A DNA stretch of 64,000 nt from Candidatus Magasanikiibacteriota bacterium (GTDB lineage Bacteria > Patescibacteriota > Patescibacteriia > Magasanikbacterales > GWA2-37-8): positions 192,875 to 256,874 of the forward strand of contig CAWJAS010000001.1 of assembly GCA_963840935.1 (NCBI GenBank). The letters run 5' to 3'. The position numbers were made by a program, and so were the translations under genes. A model generated the notes under the pieces. It was given only the letters and a program-made list of their open reading frames with translations. It had not been told where the DNA came from and did no database searches. How positions within the stretch are numbered: position 1 is the stretch's first letter; the number at the start of each line of letters is the position of its first letter. Shown piece by piece: positions 9,768-18,147 of the stretch.

Positions 9768-10568
9768 ATGACTATCAAGACAAAAGATGAAATTAAAGTT
9801 TTGGCGGAAGGCGGAGAAATACTCGGCCGGGTTTTGTCTAACTTGATAAAAATGTGTTCCGTCGGGGTATCAACCTTGACTATCGATCAGGCGGCGGAGG
9901 AAATGATTTTATCGGCCGGCGGTCGTCCGTCTTTTAAAAATTATAAAAGCAGACCTTCCGACAAACCGTTTCCCGCCACAATTTGTTCGTCTTTGAATAG
10001 CGAGATTGTTCATGGAATTCCAAGTAAAGAAATAAAATTAAAAAATGGCGATATTTATTCCATAGATATTGGGATGGAGTGGCCGGTTGCAAAAAAGCAA
10101 CGCGGTTTATTTACCGACACCGCTGTAACGGTAGTGATCGGCAAAGTGCCAAAAAAGACCCACAAACTTATGAGCGTAACGGCCGATGCTTTGGAAGCCG
10201 GAATTAAGGCAATTAAGCCGGGTGTGAGTGTGGCTCAAATTGGCAGAGCAATAGAGCAATATGTGTTAAAACAGGGTAAATACGGCATAATTAGGGATTT
10301 ATCGGGGCATGGAGTCGGGTATGAGGTGCATGAAGACCCGTGGGTGCCAAATTATTACGACAGACGATTGGAGAGCCAAATTTTGAAGCCGGGCATGGTT
10401 CTTGCTCTTGAACCGATGATTACTTTGGGTGGCTATGAAATAGTTGTGGCAAAAGATGGTTGGACCATTGAAACGGCAGACAAATCTCTTTGCGCGCATT
10501 ATGAGCATACAGTGGCCGTGACTGAAACGGGCAGTCAGGTATTAACCAGACGACCGGAGGAATTGTAA
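9768..10568 (+). CDS. map: Methionine aminopeptidase type I
   Basis: KTKDEIKVLAEGGEILGRVL...HGVGYEVHEDPWVPNY... Confidence 0.9.
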   Translation: MTIKTKDEIKVLAEGGEILGRVLSNLIKMCSVGVSTLTIDQAAEEMILSAGGRPSFKNYKSRPSDKPFPATICSSLNSEIVHGIPSKEIKLKNGDIYSIDIGMEWPVAKKQRGLFTDTAVTVVIGKVPKKTHKLMSVTADALEAGIKAIKPGVSVAQIGRAIEQYVLKQGKYGIIRDLSGHGVGYEVHEDPWVPNYYDRRLESQILKPGMVLALEPMITLGGYEIVVAKDGWTIETADKSLCAHYEHTVAVTETGSQVLTRRPEEL

Positions 10569-10579
10569 ATAATTATATT

Positions 10580-10951
10580 ATGAATATTTTAGTCGTTGAT
10601 TTTGGCTCAAAAAATATCGGTTTGGCCTGGTGCGATACCGCAATCGGCGCTCCTTTGCCTTTTGGTGTTGCAAGTAGCATAAACGAGGTAATACAAATAG
10701 TGGAAGATGAGCGAATAGATAAAATTGTTGTTGGTTTACCCATCGGTCTTGACGGAAAAGAAAACAAAAATACCGAACGAGTTAGAAAATTTGCCAATGA
10801 ATTACAAAAAGCAACAGATGTTAGCGTTGATTTGTTTGATGAAAGATTCAGTTCGCAGGTGGCAGATAAAATGAAGGGTTTGGCCGGTAGAGATGAAAAG
10901 GCGGCGATGATTATACTTGACGATTATTTGGTAAAAAATAAAATTTTGTAA
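10580..10951 (+). CDS. ruvX: Putative pre-16S rRNA nuclease / Holliday junction resolvase-like YqgF
   Basis: MNILVVDFGSKNIGLAWCD...IVVGLPIGLDGKEN...AAMIILDDYL, RuvX/YqgF family. Confidence 0.8.
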   Translation: MNILVVDFGSKNIGLAWCDTAIGAPLPFGVASSINEVIQIVEDERIDKIVVGLPIGLDGKENKNTERVRKFANELQKATDVSVDLFDERFSSQVADKMKGLAGRDEKAAMIILDDYLVKNKIL

Positions 10952-10962
10952 GGTCTTAGTAT

Positions 10963-11682
10963 ATGTTATTTATTATTCTTGCTCGTCTGGATTTTCGCGA
11001 AAATGATCAGCTGATAACACTGTTCAGCCGTGAGTCGGGCAAAGAAGTCGCTCTTGCCAAAAGCGTTAAAAAAATAAACAGTAAAAATTCGGCTTTTTTG
11101 GAGCCGTTTTTTTTGGTTGAAGCGGAAATAGTATCCGGCAAAGAAATTAAACATATTTTTAAAGTTGTTGGCGTTAATGGCTTTAAAAATATTAGAAAAG
11201 ATTTTGATAAAAGTGTTTCCGCAAAAAAAATTGTTAACATTGTCAGTCGGTTAATTCCCGAAAATGGCAAGGAACCGGTGCTGTTTGATTTATTAAAACA
11301 GTGGCTTCTGTATATTGATGAATTTGATTTTAATCACAGTTTGGAATTGGGTTTTTATTGCCAGTCATTAAAAATACTAGGCATTGTTCCACAATTAAAT
11401 AAATGTGTTTATTGCGAAAAACCGGTTTCTTCAGGCGAACAAGAAAAAATTATTTTTTCGATTTAGGATGGTGGCGTAGTTTGTCGGAGTTGTGCGCCAA
11501 AGCAAAAAATACTCACGAGTGTTTGTTTACAAAAAGATGATTTGAATAATTGGGAAATATTTTTAAATTCTCCAATCAAAGAATGGCCTGTCTCAATATC
11601 AACGTCGCTTGTTCGAGCCATTGAGTTGTTTTTTGAGCATTATAGCGGTTCAAAACTTGCTAAAATTAGCCAAATAAGTTAA
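10963..11682 (+). pseudogene. recO: DNA repair protein RecO interrupted by an in-frame TAG at 11464-11466 (N part 10963..11466, C part continues in the same frame to the TAA at 11680-11682)
   Basis: N-terminal OB-fold-like region (LITLFSRESGKEVALAKSVKK...FLEPFFLVEAEIV). Zinc finger split by the stop: CVYCEKPV...IIFSI*DGGVVCRSCAPK. Combined length about 239 aa, typical of RecO. Confidence 0.7.
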
Positions 11683-11714
11683 TATACACAGATAACAATT
11701 ATTAAATATATTTT

Positions 11715-13109
11715 ATGCGCGAATTACAAGAAATAAAAGATATTTTTAAAAAAAGTTTTGATTATATCGGAAAGCAGATAAAAGTCGGTGGTTGGGTAAG
11801 AACTACACGCGAATCAAAAAATGCGAATTTTATTGAACTCAATGACGGTACATATTTTTCTAATTTACAGATTGTTTTTGACGATAATTTGGCTAACGCG
11901 GAAGAAATAAAAAAGGCTTCAATCGGCAGTGCCTTAATTATTACGGGCGACCTAGTTGAATCAACGGGCGCTGGTCAGTCGTTTGAATTAAAAGCAAAAG
12001 AAATTGAAATAATTGGCCATTCAACTTCGGAGTATCCCTTGCAAAAAAAACGCCACTCATTTGAATTTTTGCGTGAAATCGCTCATTTGCGTCCTCGTTC
12101 AAACACTTTTTCTGCCGTTTTTCGCGTTCGCTCGCTTGCCGCTTATGCCATTCACAAATTTTTTAATGATAAGGGTTTTGTTTATGCTCAAACCCCGATT
12201 ATATCCGGCAGTGATTGCGAGGGAGCGGGGGAGATGTTTCAGGTTACAACTCTTGATTTAAAAAACATGCCAAAAGATGAGCGAGGCGAAATTGATTTCA
12301 AGGATGATTTTTTTGGCAAACGCGTTGGGCTAACCGTTAGCGGACAACTCGAAGCCGAGGTTTTTGCCATGGCCTTCAAAAAAGTTTACACTTTCGGACC
12401 TACTTTTCGGGCGGAAAATTCAAACACCAAACGCCATGCGTCCGAGTTTTGGATGATTGAGCCGGAAATCGCTTTTGCCGATTTAACGGATGATAAAGCA
12501 CTGGCCGAAGAGTTTGTTAAATATATAATTAATTATGTGCGGGAAAACGCGCCCGAGGAAATGGCTTTTTTTAACAAATTTATTGATACCGAATTGTTTG
12601 AAAAGCTGGATGTTGTGGCGAATTCACCGTTTGAGCATATTACCTATACGGAAGCCGTTGAAATTTTGGAGAAGTCGGGCCAAAAATTTGAATTTCCGGT
12701 CGGCTGGGGCAAGGAATTACAAACCGAGCATGAAAAATACCTAACAGAGGTGGTTTATAAAAAACCGGTATTTGTTACCGATTATCCGAAAGAATTTAAA
12801 GCTTTTTATATGCGCCAAAATGATGATGGTAAGACCGTGGCCGCCATGGATTTATTAGTGCCGGGAATTGGCGAAATAATCGGAGGTAGTCAGCGTGAAG
12901 AGCGCTTGGAAAAATTGGAGTCGCGGATGAAGGAAATGAAATTGGACGCTAAGGATTATTGGTGGTATTTGGACCTTCGCCGTTACGGTGGTGTACCTCA
13001 TGCCGGGTTTGGTCTGGGTTTCGAAAGATTGATAATGTATTTAACCGGAATGGATAATATACGCGATGTAATACCATTTCCGAGAACTCCAAAAAATGCC
13101 GAATTTTAG
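11715..13109 (+). CDS. asnS: Asparaginyl-tRNA synthetase (class IIb)
   Basis: N-terminal OB domain. Motifs [34 protein letters not shown] and GFGLGFERL. Confidence 0.8.
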   Translation: MRELQEIKDIFKKSFDYIGKQIKVGGWVRTTRESKNANFIELNDGTYFSNLQIVFDDNLANAEEIKKASIGSALIITGDLVESTGAGQSFELKAKEIEIIGHSTSEYPLQKKRHSFEFLREIAHLRPRSNTFSAVFRVRSLAAYAIHKFFNDKGFVYAQTPIISGSDCEGAGEMFQVTTLDLKNMPKDERGEIDFKDDFFGKRVGLTVSGQLEAEVFAMAFKKVYTFGPTFRAENSNTKRHASEFWMIEPEIAFADLTDDKALAEEFVKYIINYVRENAPEEMAFFNKFIDTELFEKLDVVANSPFEHITYTEAVEILEKSGQKFEFPVGWGKELQTEHEKYLTEVVYKKPVFVTDYPKEFKAFYMRQNDDGKTVAAMDLLVPGIGEIIGGSQREERLEKLESRMKEMKLDAKDYWWYLDLRRYGGVPHAGFGLGFERLIMYLTGMDNIRDVIPFPRTPKNAEF

Positions 13110-13117
13110 CCAAAAAA

Positions 13118-13147
13118 TCACCCTCAAATAGGAGGGTGATTTTTTAT
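13118..13147 (+). terminator. Bidirectional intrinsic terminator between asnS (+) and the phosphoesterase gene (-)
   Basis: tcaccctc-aaata-gagggtga flanked by an A-run and a T-run. Confidence 0.65.
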
Positions 13148-13155
13148 TCAAAAAT

Positions 13156-14115
13156 TTATTGCGTAAATTGAACTATCACTACTTCCGGAACGGCAAAAAA
13201 ACGTAAGGAAGTCCCTGATTCTCCGGCGCCGACAGAAGTGTAAACTGGCGCGTCATTAAAATAATTTAAACCGCGATAATATTCTTTTTGAAGTATTGTT
13301 TGCGCTCCGGCCAAAGGACCAAAAAATGGAATCCAAATTTGCCCGCCGTGCGTGTGTCCGGCAAGTGTTAAATCAGGGTAAGGTAAATTTGTTGGGTATT
13401 CCAAAATTCCATCCGGATTGTGAGTTACAAAAATTAAGGGAATATTTTTATCCCAATTTGTTAATTCAGAAAAATTCGGTTTGTTTTTCCAAATTTCCGC
13501 CAGTCCAAATAAGCAGATTTTTTGGTTTTTGATTTCTACGCACTCAAGTGAATTATTTAATAGTTTAAAACCAAAATTGTTAAAACGATTAATAACTAAT
13601 TCAGACCTGTCACCGGTGTATTTTTCCGGCTTGGTTCTCACAGTGCCCCCGATGCCGTATTCATGATTGCCAAGAACATAATAAACAGGATATTTTTGAA
13701 GAATTTGCAATGGCAAAAGATATTCACTTTCGTCCTCAAAAGTTCCTTCGTTGCTTATCATATCCCCGCCAAAGATAACAATATCTGGCTTGGCAGTATC
13801 TATTTTTTCGGCTACTTTTTTGCTCCAGCCGGTTTTTTTGTGCATTCCGACTTGAATGTCGCTCACAAAAGCGATTTTTATTCCTTCCAGTTTTTCATTT
13901 TTAATTTCAATTTTTTTTGTAACAAGCAAATAAGGCTCAACAAGTGTTGAATAAAGCGCCGTGATTATACCGGTAAAAAAAATAAAAATAAAAATTGCGC
14001 CAATAAATTTATTACGGTTGAAAAATAAATTCGGTTTTTTTCGGTCGCGGGCGATAAAAAAAATCAAGAGCCCTGCCACCAAAATATACCCGTACGTAAT
14101 TATTAAGAGAAACAT
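13156..14115 (-). CDS. Membrane-anchored calcineurin-like metallophosphoesterase (YkuE-like)
   Basis: N-terminal TM helices. Motifs GDMISNEG, VLGNHEYG and GHTHGGQIW. Confidence 0.75.
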   Translation of the reverse strand: MFLLIITYGYILVAGLLIFFIARDRKKPNLFFNRNKFIGAIFIFIFFTGIITALYSTLVEPYLLVTKKIEIKNEKLEGIKIAFVSDIQVGMHKKTGWSKKVAEKIDTAKPDIVIFGGDMISNEGTFEDESEYLLPLQILQKYPVYYVLGNHEYGIGGTVRTKPEKYTGDRSELVINRFNNFGFKLLNNSLECVEIKNQKICLFGLAEIWKNKPNFSELTNWDKNIPLIFVTHNPDGILEYPTNLPYPDLTLAGHTHGGQIWIPFFGPLAGAQTILQKEYYRGLNYFNDAPVYTSVGAGESGTSLRFFAVPEVVIVQFTQ

Positions 14116-14122
14116 ATTTGTG

Positions 14123-14205
14123 TGCCGAAGGAGAGAATCGAACTCTCACTCCCGAAGGAACACGATTTTGAGTCGTGCGCGTCTACCAATTCCGCCACTT
14201 CGGCA
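14123..14205 (-). tRNA. tRNA-Leu (anticodon CAA), long variable arm
   Basis: Reverse complement folds as GCCGAAGTGGCGGAATTGGTAGACGCGCACGACTCAAAATCGTG...GAGTTCGATTCTCTCCTTCGGCA. T-loop GTTCGATTC and anticodon loop CUCAAAA. Confidence 0.85.
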
Positions 14206-14318
14206 AAATAATGCTAATACTATAGTAAATTTAAGGCGTTTTGTCAAGCACAAGCAAAATACTTTGCTATTGTGATTATTTGATTATTACAATATTTATG
14301 ATATAATAATTACAAATT

Positions 14319-15083
14319 ATGCCTCCTGTAATTTCAATTGTCAATCAAAAAGGCGGAGTGGGTAAAACCACCACCGCCGTCAATCTGGCAGCCGGCTTAT
14401 CAGAGGCCGGTAAGTTTGTGTTATTGGTTGATTTGGACCCGCAGGGTAATGCCACATCGGGCTTGGGTATTAAATTAGATGAGGTTGAACAAGGACTTTA
14501 TCATTCTATTTCCGGTTTAGCCAGAATTCACGATGTCATCAGAAATACGGCTCATACCGGATTACGCGTGGTGCCGGCGACTCCGGATTTAGCCGGGGCA
14601 AACGTGGAATTGGTTAACGTGGAAGGAAGAGAAAATAAATTGAATGATATTTTATCGGAAGCTAAGCACGCCTATGATTATATTATAATTGATTGCCCTC
14701 CTTCTCTTGGACTTCTTACTTTGAACGGTTTGGTAGCCGCTGACCATGTACTCATACCGGTTCAGGCTGAATATTATGCCCTTGAGGGATTGGGACAGTT
14801 GTTGAAAACCATTGAATTAGTGAAAGATAATATTAAAGTTGATTTAAATGTTATCGGCGCGGTTCTTACCATGTTTGATTCCCGCAATCGTCTTTCAGAA
14901 GAAGTTTTGCATGAATTGTACAAATATTTTCCTAATAATATTTTTAGAACTGTGATTCCGCGCACTGTTCGTTTGGCCGAAGCGCCATCATATGGCCAAA
15001 GTATATTTCATTATGAACCGAGTGGCAAAGGAGCAAAATCATACGAACGACTGACGCGTGAATTGTTGGACAGGTTTGAATAA
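14319..15083 (+). CDS. parA: Chromosome partitioning ATPase ParA/Soj
   Basis: ISIVNQKGGVGKTTTAVNLAAGL deviant Walker A. Confidence 0.9.
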   Translation: MPPVISIVNQKGGVGKTTTAVNLAAGLSEAGKFVLLVDLDPQGNATSGLGIKLDEVEQGLYHSISGLARIHDVIRNTAHTGLRVVPATPDLAGANVELVNVEGRENKLNDILSEAKHAYDYIIIDCPPSLGLLTLNGLVAADHVLIPVQAEYYALEGLGQLLKTIELVKDNIKVDLNVIGAVLTMFDSRNRLSEEVLHELYKYFPNNIFRTVIPRTVRLAEAPSYGQSIFHYEPSGKGAKSYERLTRELLDRFE

Positions 15084-15143
15084 AAAATATTGCCGTTTAT
15101 CGGCGTTTATCGGAGGTAATTTTATAATTTTTTATTTTTATTT

Positions 15144-16013
15144 ATGGCTCTTGGACGTGGCTTGGGAGCGTTAATCGCTCCGACTATTTCAGCCAAACAA
15201 AAAAAAGAAATACCGGTTCAGACCAAAAAAAGTGAATCCGGAATAATAGATAAAATTTGGTCGATTCCCATATCGGAAATTTCACCAAACGCCAAACAAC
15301 CACGGCGGTATTTTGGAATGGAAGAATTAGAAGAATTGGCCGGTTCAATAAAAAAGCATGGAATTTTACAGCCGATTTTGGTTTCCGAAAAAAAAGACGG
15401 CGGTTACGAGATTATCGCCGGTGAAAGGCGTTGGCGCGCGGCAAAGTTGGCCGGTCTGACATCTGTTCAGGCGTTGGTAAAACAAATGGCTGATTTGGAA
15501 AAATTGGAAGTGGCATTGATTGAAAATATTCAGCGCACAGAATTAAATCCAATTGAAGAAGCATTCGCTTATGAGCGTTTGATTGAAGAATTTGGTTTGA
15601 CCCAGCAAGAAGTCTCGGAAAAAGTGGGTAAAAGCCGACCGGTAATTGCCAATACTATCAGATTATTGGAATTACCGGAAGAAGCGAAAAAAGCCCTGAT
15701 TGAGAAAAAAATAAACACCGGCCAAGCGCGTGCTTTGCTCGGTTTAAAAAGCGCGAACGAACAACTGGACGCGCTGTCTTCAATGCTCGGGCAAAAAATT
15801 TCTGTCAGAGAACTTGAAAGAAAAGTTCAAAAAACAAAACCGGTTGAGTCCCTTCGGAAAGACGCTAATTTGGTATATATAGAAAATAAATTGCGAGATG
15901 CGCTCAACACAAAAGTCGATATTACAAAGAAAGGCGAAAGCGGAAAAATAATGATTGATTATTATTCCAAAGAAGATTTGGGAAGAATTATAAAAAAAAT
16001 AATCAACGACTAG
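15144..16013 (+). CDS. parB: Chromosome partitioning protein ParB/Spo0J
   Basis: ParB box GERRWRAAKLAGL and an HTH motif. Confidence 0.9.
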   Translation: MALGRGLGALIAPTISAKQKKEIPVQTKKSESGIIDKIWSIPISEISPNAKQPRRYFGMEELEELAGSIKKHGILQPILVSEKKDGGYEIIAGERRWRAAKLAGLTSVQALVKQMADLEKLEVALIENIQRTELNPIEEAFAYERLIEEFGLTQQEVSEKVGKSRPVIANTIRLLELPEEAKKALIEKKINTGQARALLGLKSANEQLDALSSMLGQKISVRELERKVQKTKPVESLRKDANLVYIENKLRDALNTKVDITKKGESGKIMIDYYSKEDLGRIIKKIIND

Positions 16014-16027
16014 CTGGTTAATTAAAA

Positions 16028-16055
16028 AATAGCCGGAGTAAAGGCTATTTTTTTG
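16028..16055. terminator. Bidirectional terminator between parB (+) and rel (-)
   Basis: aatagcc-ggagtaaa-ggctatt + T-run. Confidence 0.55.
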
Positions 16056-17550
16056 TTGGCATTGGCCAGATTGAAGCCAGCCAATTTTTTTTCTGTGAGT
16101 TTAAGTAGTGCTTTATTTGTTGGCGAGCGGCGTTTGTTTTGATAAATTTCAACCAGTCACGGCTGGGTCCTTTTCTGTTTTTATCGACAATAATTTCCAC
16201 CACATCGCCACTCTTTAACGGAGTATCAAGCGATACCATTTGGTCGTTAACCAGAGTGCTGTTGCATTTGTTACCTATGTCTGAGTGAATTTGGTAGGCG
16301 AAGTCAACCGCGGTAGCGTTTTCCGGCAAATCAATCACATCGCCCTTTGGCGTGAAAACGAAAATTCTATTTTGAAAAAAATCAATTTTTAAAACATCCA
16401 AATCGGATAAATTATTAAATACGTCTTTTTGAATTTTTGCCAATTCTTGGGCCCAGGCGACGTTTTTATCAGAGCTTTTAACTGGTTTTTTATTTTCGTG
16501 ATAATGCCAATGAGCGGCGATACCGAATTCAGCCGCTTCGTGCATTTCCATAGTGCGTATTTGGAATTCGACGATATGCCCCTCATCGCAAAAAACAGTC
16601 GTGTGCAAAGATTTGTAGCCGTTAGGTTTCGGCTGGGATATATAGTCTTTTATTCTTCCTTTTAACGGCCTCCAAAGTTTATGAATAATACCAAGAACCG
16701 CATAACAATCGTTAATGTTTGAAACAATTATGCGGACAGCCACAATATCATAAATTTGCTCGGTATCCCAATTTTTTTGTTTTAATTTTAAGTATAAACT
16801 ATATAATCGCTTGTTACGGCCGTGTATGTCAATTATTTTTATGCCGGTGTTTTTGATTTCCTTTTTTACGAAGGACATTATTTTTTCCAAATAATTTTTT
16901 TCAACAGACGTAAATGACTCGCTGATATCACAAACTTTTTTATAGTCATTTGGAAAAACATATGGAAAAGACAAATCTTCCAATTGGCCTTTGAATTCAC
17001 CCATGCTTAAGCGGTTGGCGATTGGGGCATAAATTTCTAAGCTTTCAAGAGCGATGCGGTATTGTTTGTTCACGGGCATTGATTCAAGAGTTTTGAGATT
17101 GTGAATCCGGTCGGCAAATTTTATAATCATTACCCGAATATCCTCGGCCATGGCAATAAACATTTTGCGTAAATTTTCGATATATCTTTCAACCCCGCGG
17201 TATTTGATGGCGCTTAACTTAGTGATTCCTTTAATCATGTTTGACACGTCCTTTCCAAAGTTTTCTTCAATTTCTTCTAAAGTGATTTTTGTATCTTCGG
17301 GCACGTCGTGGAGCAGGGCGGCGATAATAATATTGATGTCGATTTTTAAAAGCGCGAGAATATAGGCGGTTGATAGGGGGTGAATAATATACGATTCTCC
17401 ACTATGCCTTAATTGACCACTATGGGCATTGGAGGCAAAATCAAAAGCTAACCGTGCCATTTCCAAGTCGTCGCGGTCGCAATATTGCTTTAATTCCTTA
17501 TATAGGTCGTTTTCAGTTATTTTCTTTGGCAATACAATTTCCGTATTCAT
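16045..17550 (-). CDS. rel: Bifunctional (p)ppGpp synthetase/hydrolase, RelA/SpoT homolog (short form, HD + synthetase + TGS)
   Basis: HD motif LLHDVPEDT, synthetase region (RIKDYISQPKPNGYKSLHTTV) and a C-terminal TGS-like region. Confidence 0.85.
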   Translation of the reverse strand: MNTEIVLPKKITENDLYKELKQYCDRDDLEMARLAFDFASNAHSGQLRHSGESYIIHPLSTAYILALLKIDINIIIAALLHDVPEDTKITLEEIEENFGKDVSNMIKGITKLSAIKYRGVERYIENLRKMFIAMAEDIRVMIIKFADRIHNLKTLESMPVNKQYRIALESLEIYAPIANRLSMGEFKGQLEDLSFPYVFPNDYKKVCDISESFTSVEKNYLEKIMSFVKKEIKNTGIKIIDIHGRNKRLYSLYLKLKQKNWDTEQIYDIVAVRIIVSNINDCYAVLGIIHKLWRPLKGRIKDYISQPKPNGYKSLHTTVFCDEGHIVEFQIRTMEMHEAAEFGIAAHWHYHENKKPVKSSDKNVAWAQELAKIQKDVFNNLSDLDVLKIDFFQNRIFVFTPKGDVIDLPENATAVDFAYQIHSDIGNKCNSTLVNDQMVSLDTPLKSGDVVEIIVDKNRKGPSRDWLKFIKTNAARQQIKHYLNSQKKNWLASIWPMPTKK

Positions 17551-17604
17551 AATTGATCATTTTTTTCACATCTTATTATTTAATTGTAAAGATTTATTGG
17601 AGTC

Positions 17605-17633
17605 TTGACAAGAGGCCGATTTTATGATATAAT
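17605..17633 (+). promoter_or_regulatory. Consensus sigma70-type promoter TTGACA-17 nt-TATAAT
   Basis: TTGACA at 17605-17610, 17-nt spacer, TATAAT at 17628-17633. No protein-coding gene follows. Confidence 0.6.
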
Positions 17634-17639
17634 AACGAA

Positions 17640-18147
17640 TGTGATGCTAAGGCTTAATGCCGCAAAGATCCGTCCCTTTATTGGGCCGGATCTTCTGTTT
17701 TTATTTGACATGTTTTTGATTTATGCTATACTTATTCAGCCACGAGAGGTTCTGGTCGCGCGCTCCTTCTGTTCCTTTATCAGGCACAGCCCAAACCCGG
17801 GGCGTGTGCGCTCGAAATCGCTCAATAGCAGAGCGGGCGATTTCAGATGAGTTCCTGCATGGTCCTGCGTTTTCGCGAAGTGCGATGTTTGATCCCCTCC
17901 TGGCTGGAGTGACACAAGGTTCGAATGTCCAAAAAAAGAGTTTTTCTGCAGTCCATGCAACGGGTAGCGGCTTCTCGCCTTTGGGGAAGCCGCGTTTTTA
18001 TTTCTGCTCGCTTATCTTGATTATTTATGCGAATTGTGATATATTCAAATTTGCGGGAGGCGATCGGTCCTTAGCATCACCTTTGGCATTAAGGTTAACC
18101 TTTCGCCCCCGCACTAAAAAACCATGCATCTAAGCATGGTTTTTTAT
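17640..18147 (+). ncRNA. Putative about 500-nt structured ncRNA of unknown class (GC-rich, promoter-driven, ends at a strong intrinsic terminator)
   Basis: GC-rich island with no credible ORF: the ORFs in this stretch are Ser/Arg/Ala-rich and lack an SD. The 5' segments GUGAUGCUAAGG and CUUAAUGCC(GC)AAAG are exactly complementary to the 3' segments CCUUAGCAUCAC (18069-18080) and CUUUGGCAUUAAG (18081-18093). There is an internal hairpin at 17665-17694. The terminator is ccatgcatctaagcatgg + T-run at 18122-18147. Confidence 0.4.
18111..18147. terminator. Bidirectional intrinsic terminator (A-run, ccatgcat-ct-aagcatgg, T-run) shared by the ncRNA (+) and topA (-)
   Basis: Perfect 8-bp stem flanked by an A-run and a T-run. 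Confidence 0.7.

Noticed and set aside
17605-18133. Track ORFs 17605..17850 (+), 17723..18133 (+, 136 aa) and 17736..17960 (-) inside the GC-rich island
   Set aside because: Their amino-acid composition is what GC-rich non-coding sequence produces (Ser, Arg, Ala and Gly-rich, few Lys, Glu or Asp). None has an SD. The first begins inside the promoter. The region is better explained as ncRNA or a repeat array.
17640-18147. Attempted to classify the ncRNA as RNase P RNA, tmRNA or SRP RNA
   Set aside because: I found none of the expected elements: no GGAAAGUCCGGGC / ACAGAANCCGGCUUA P4 motifs, no tag-peptide ORF ending ...AA-stop with a 3' T-arm/CCA, and no SRP domain IV motif. The terminal helices are in crossing rather than nested order, which does not fit a P1/P2 arrangement. 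The region is left unclassified.
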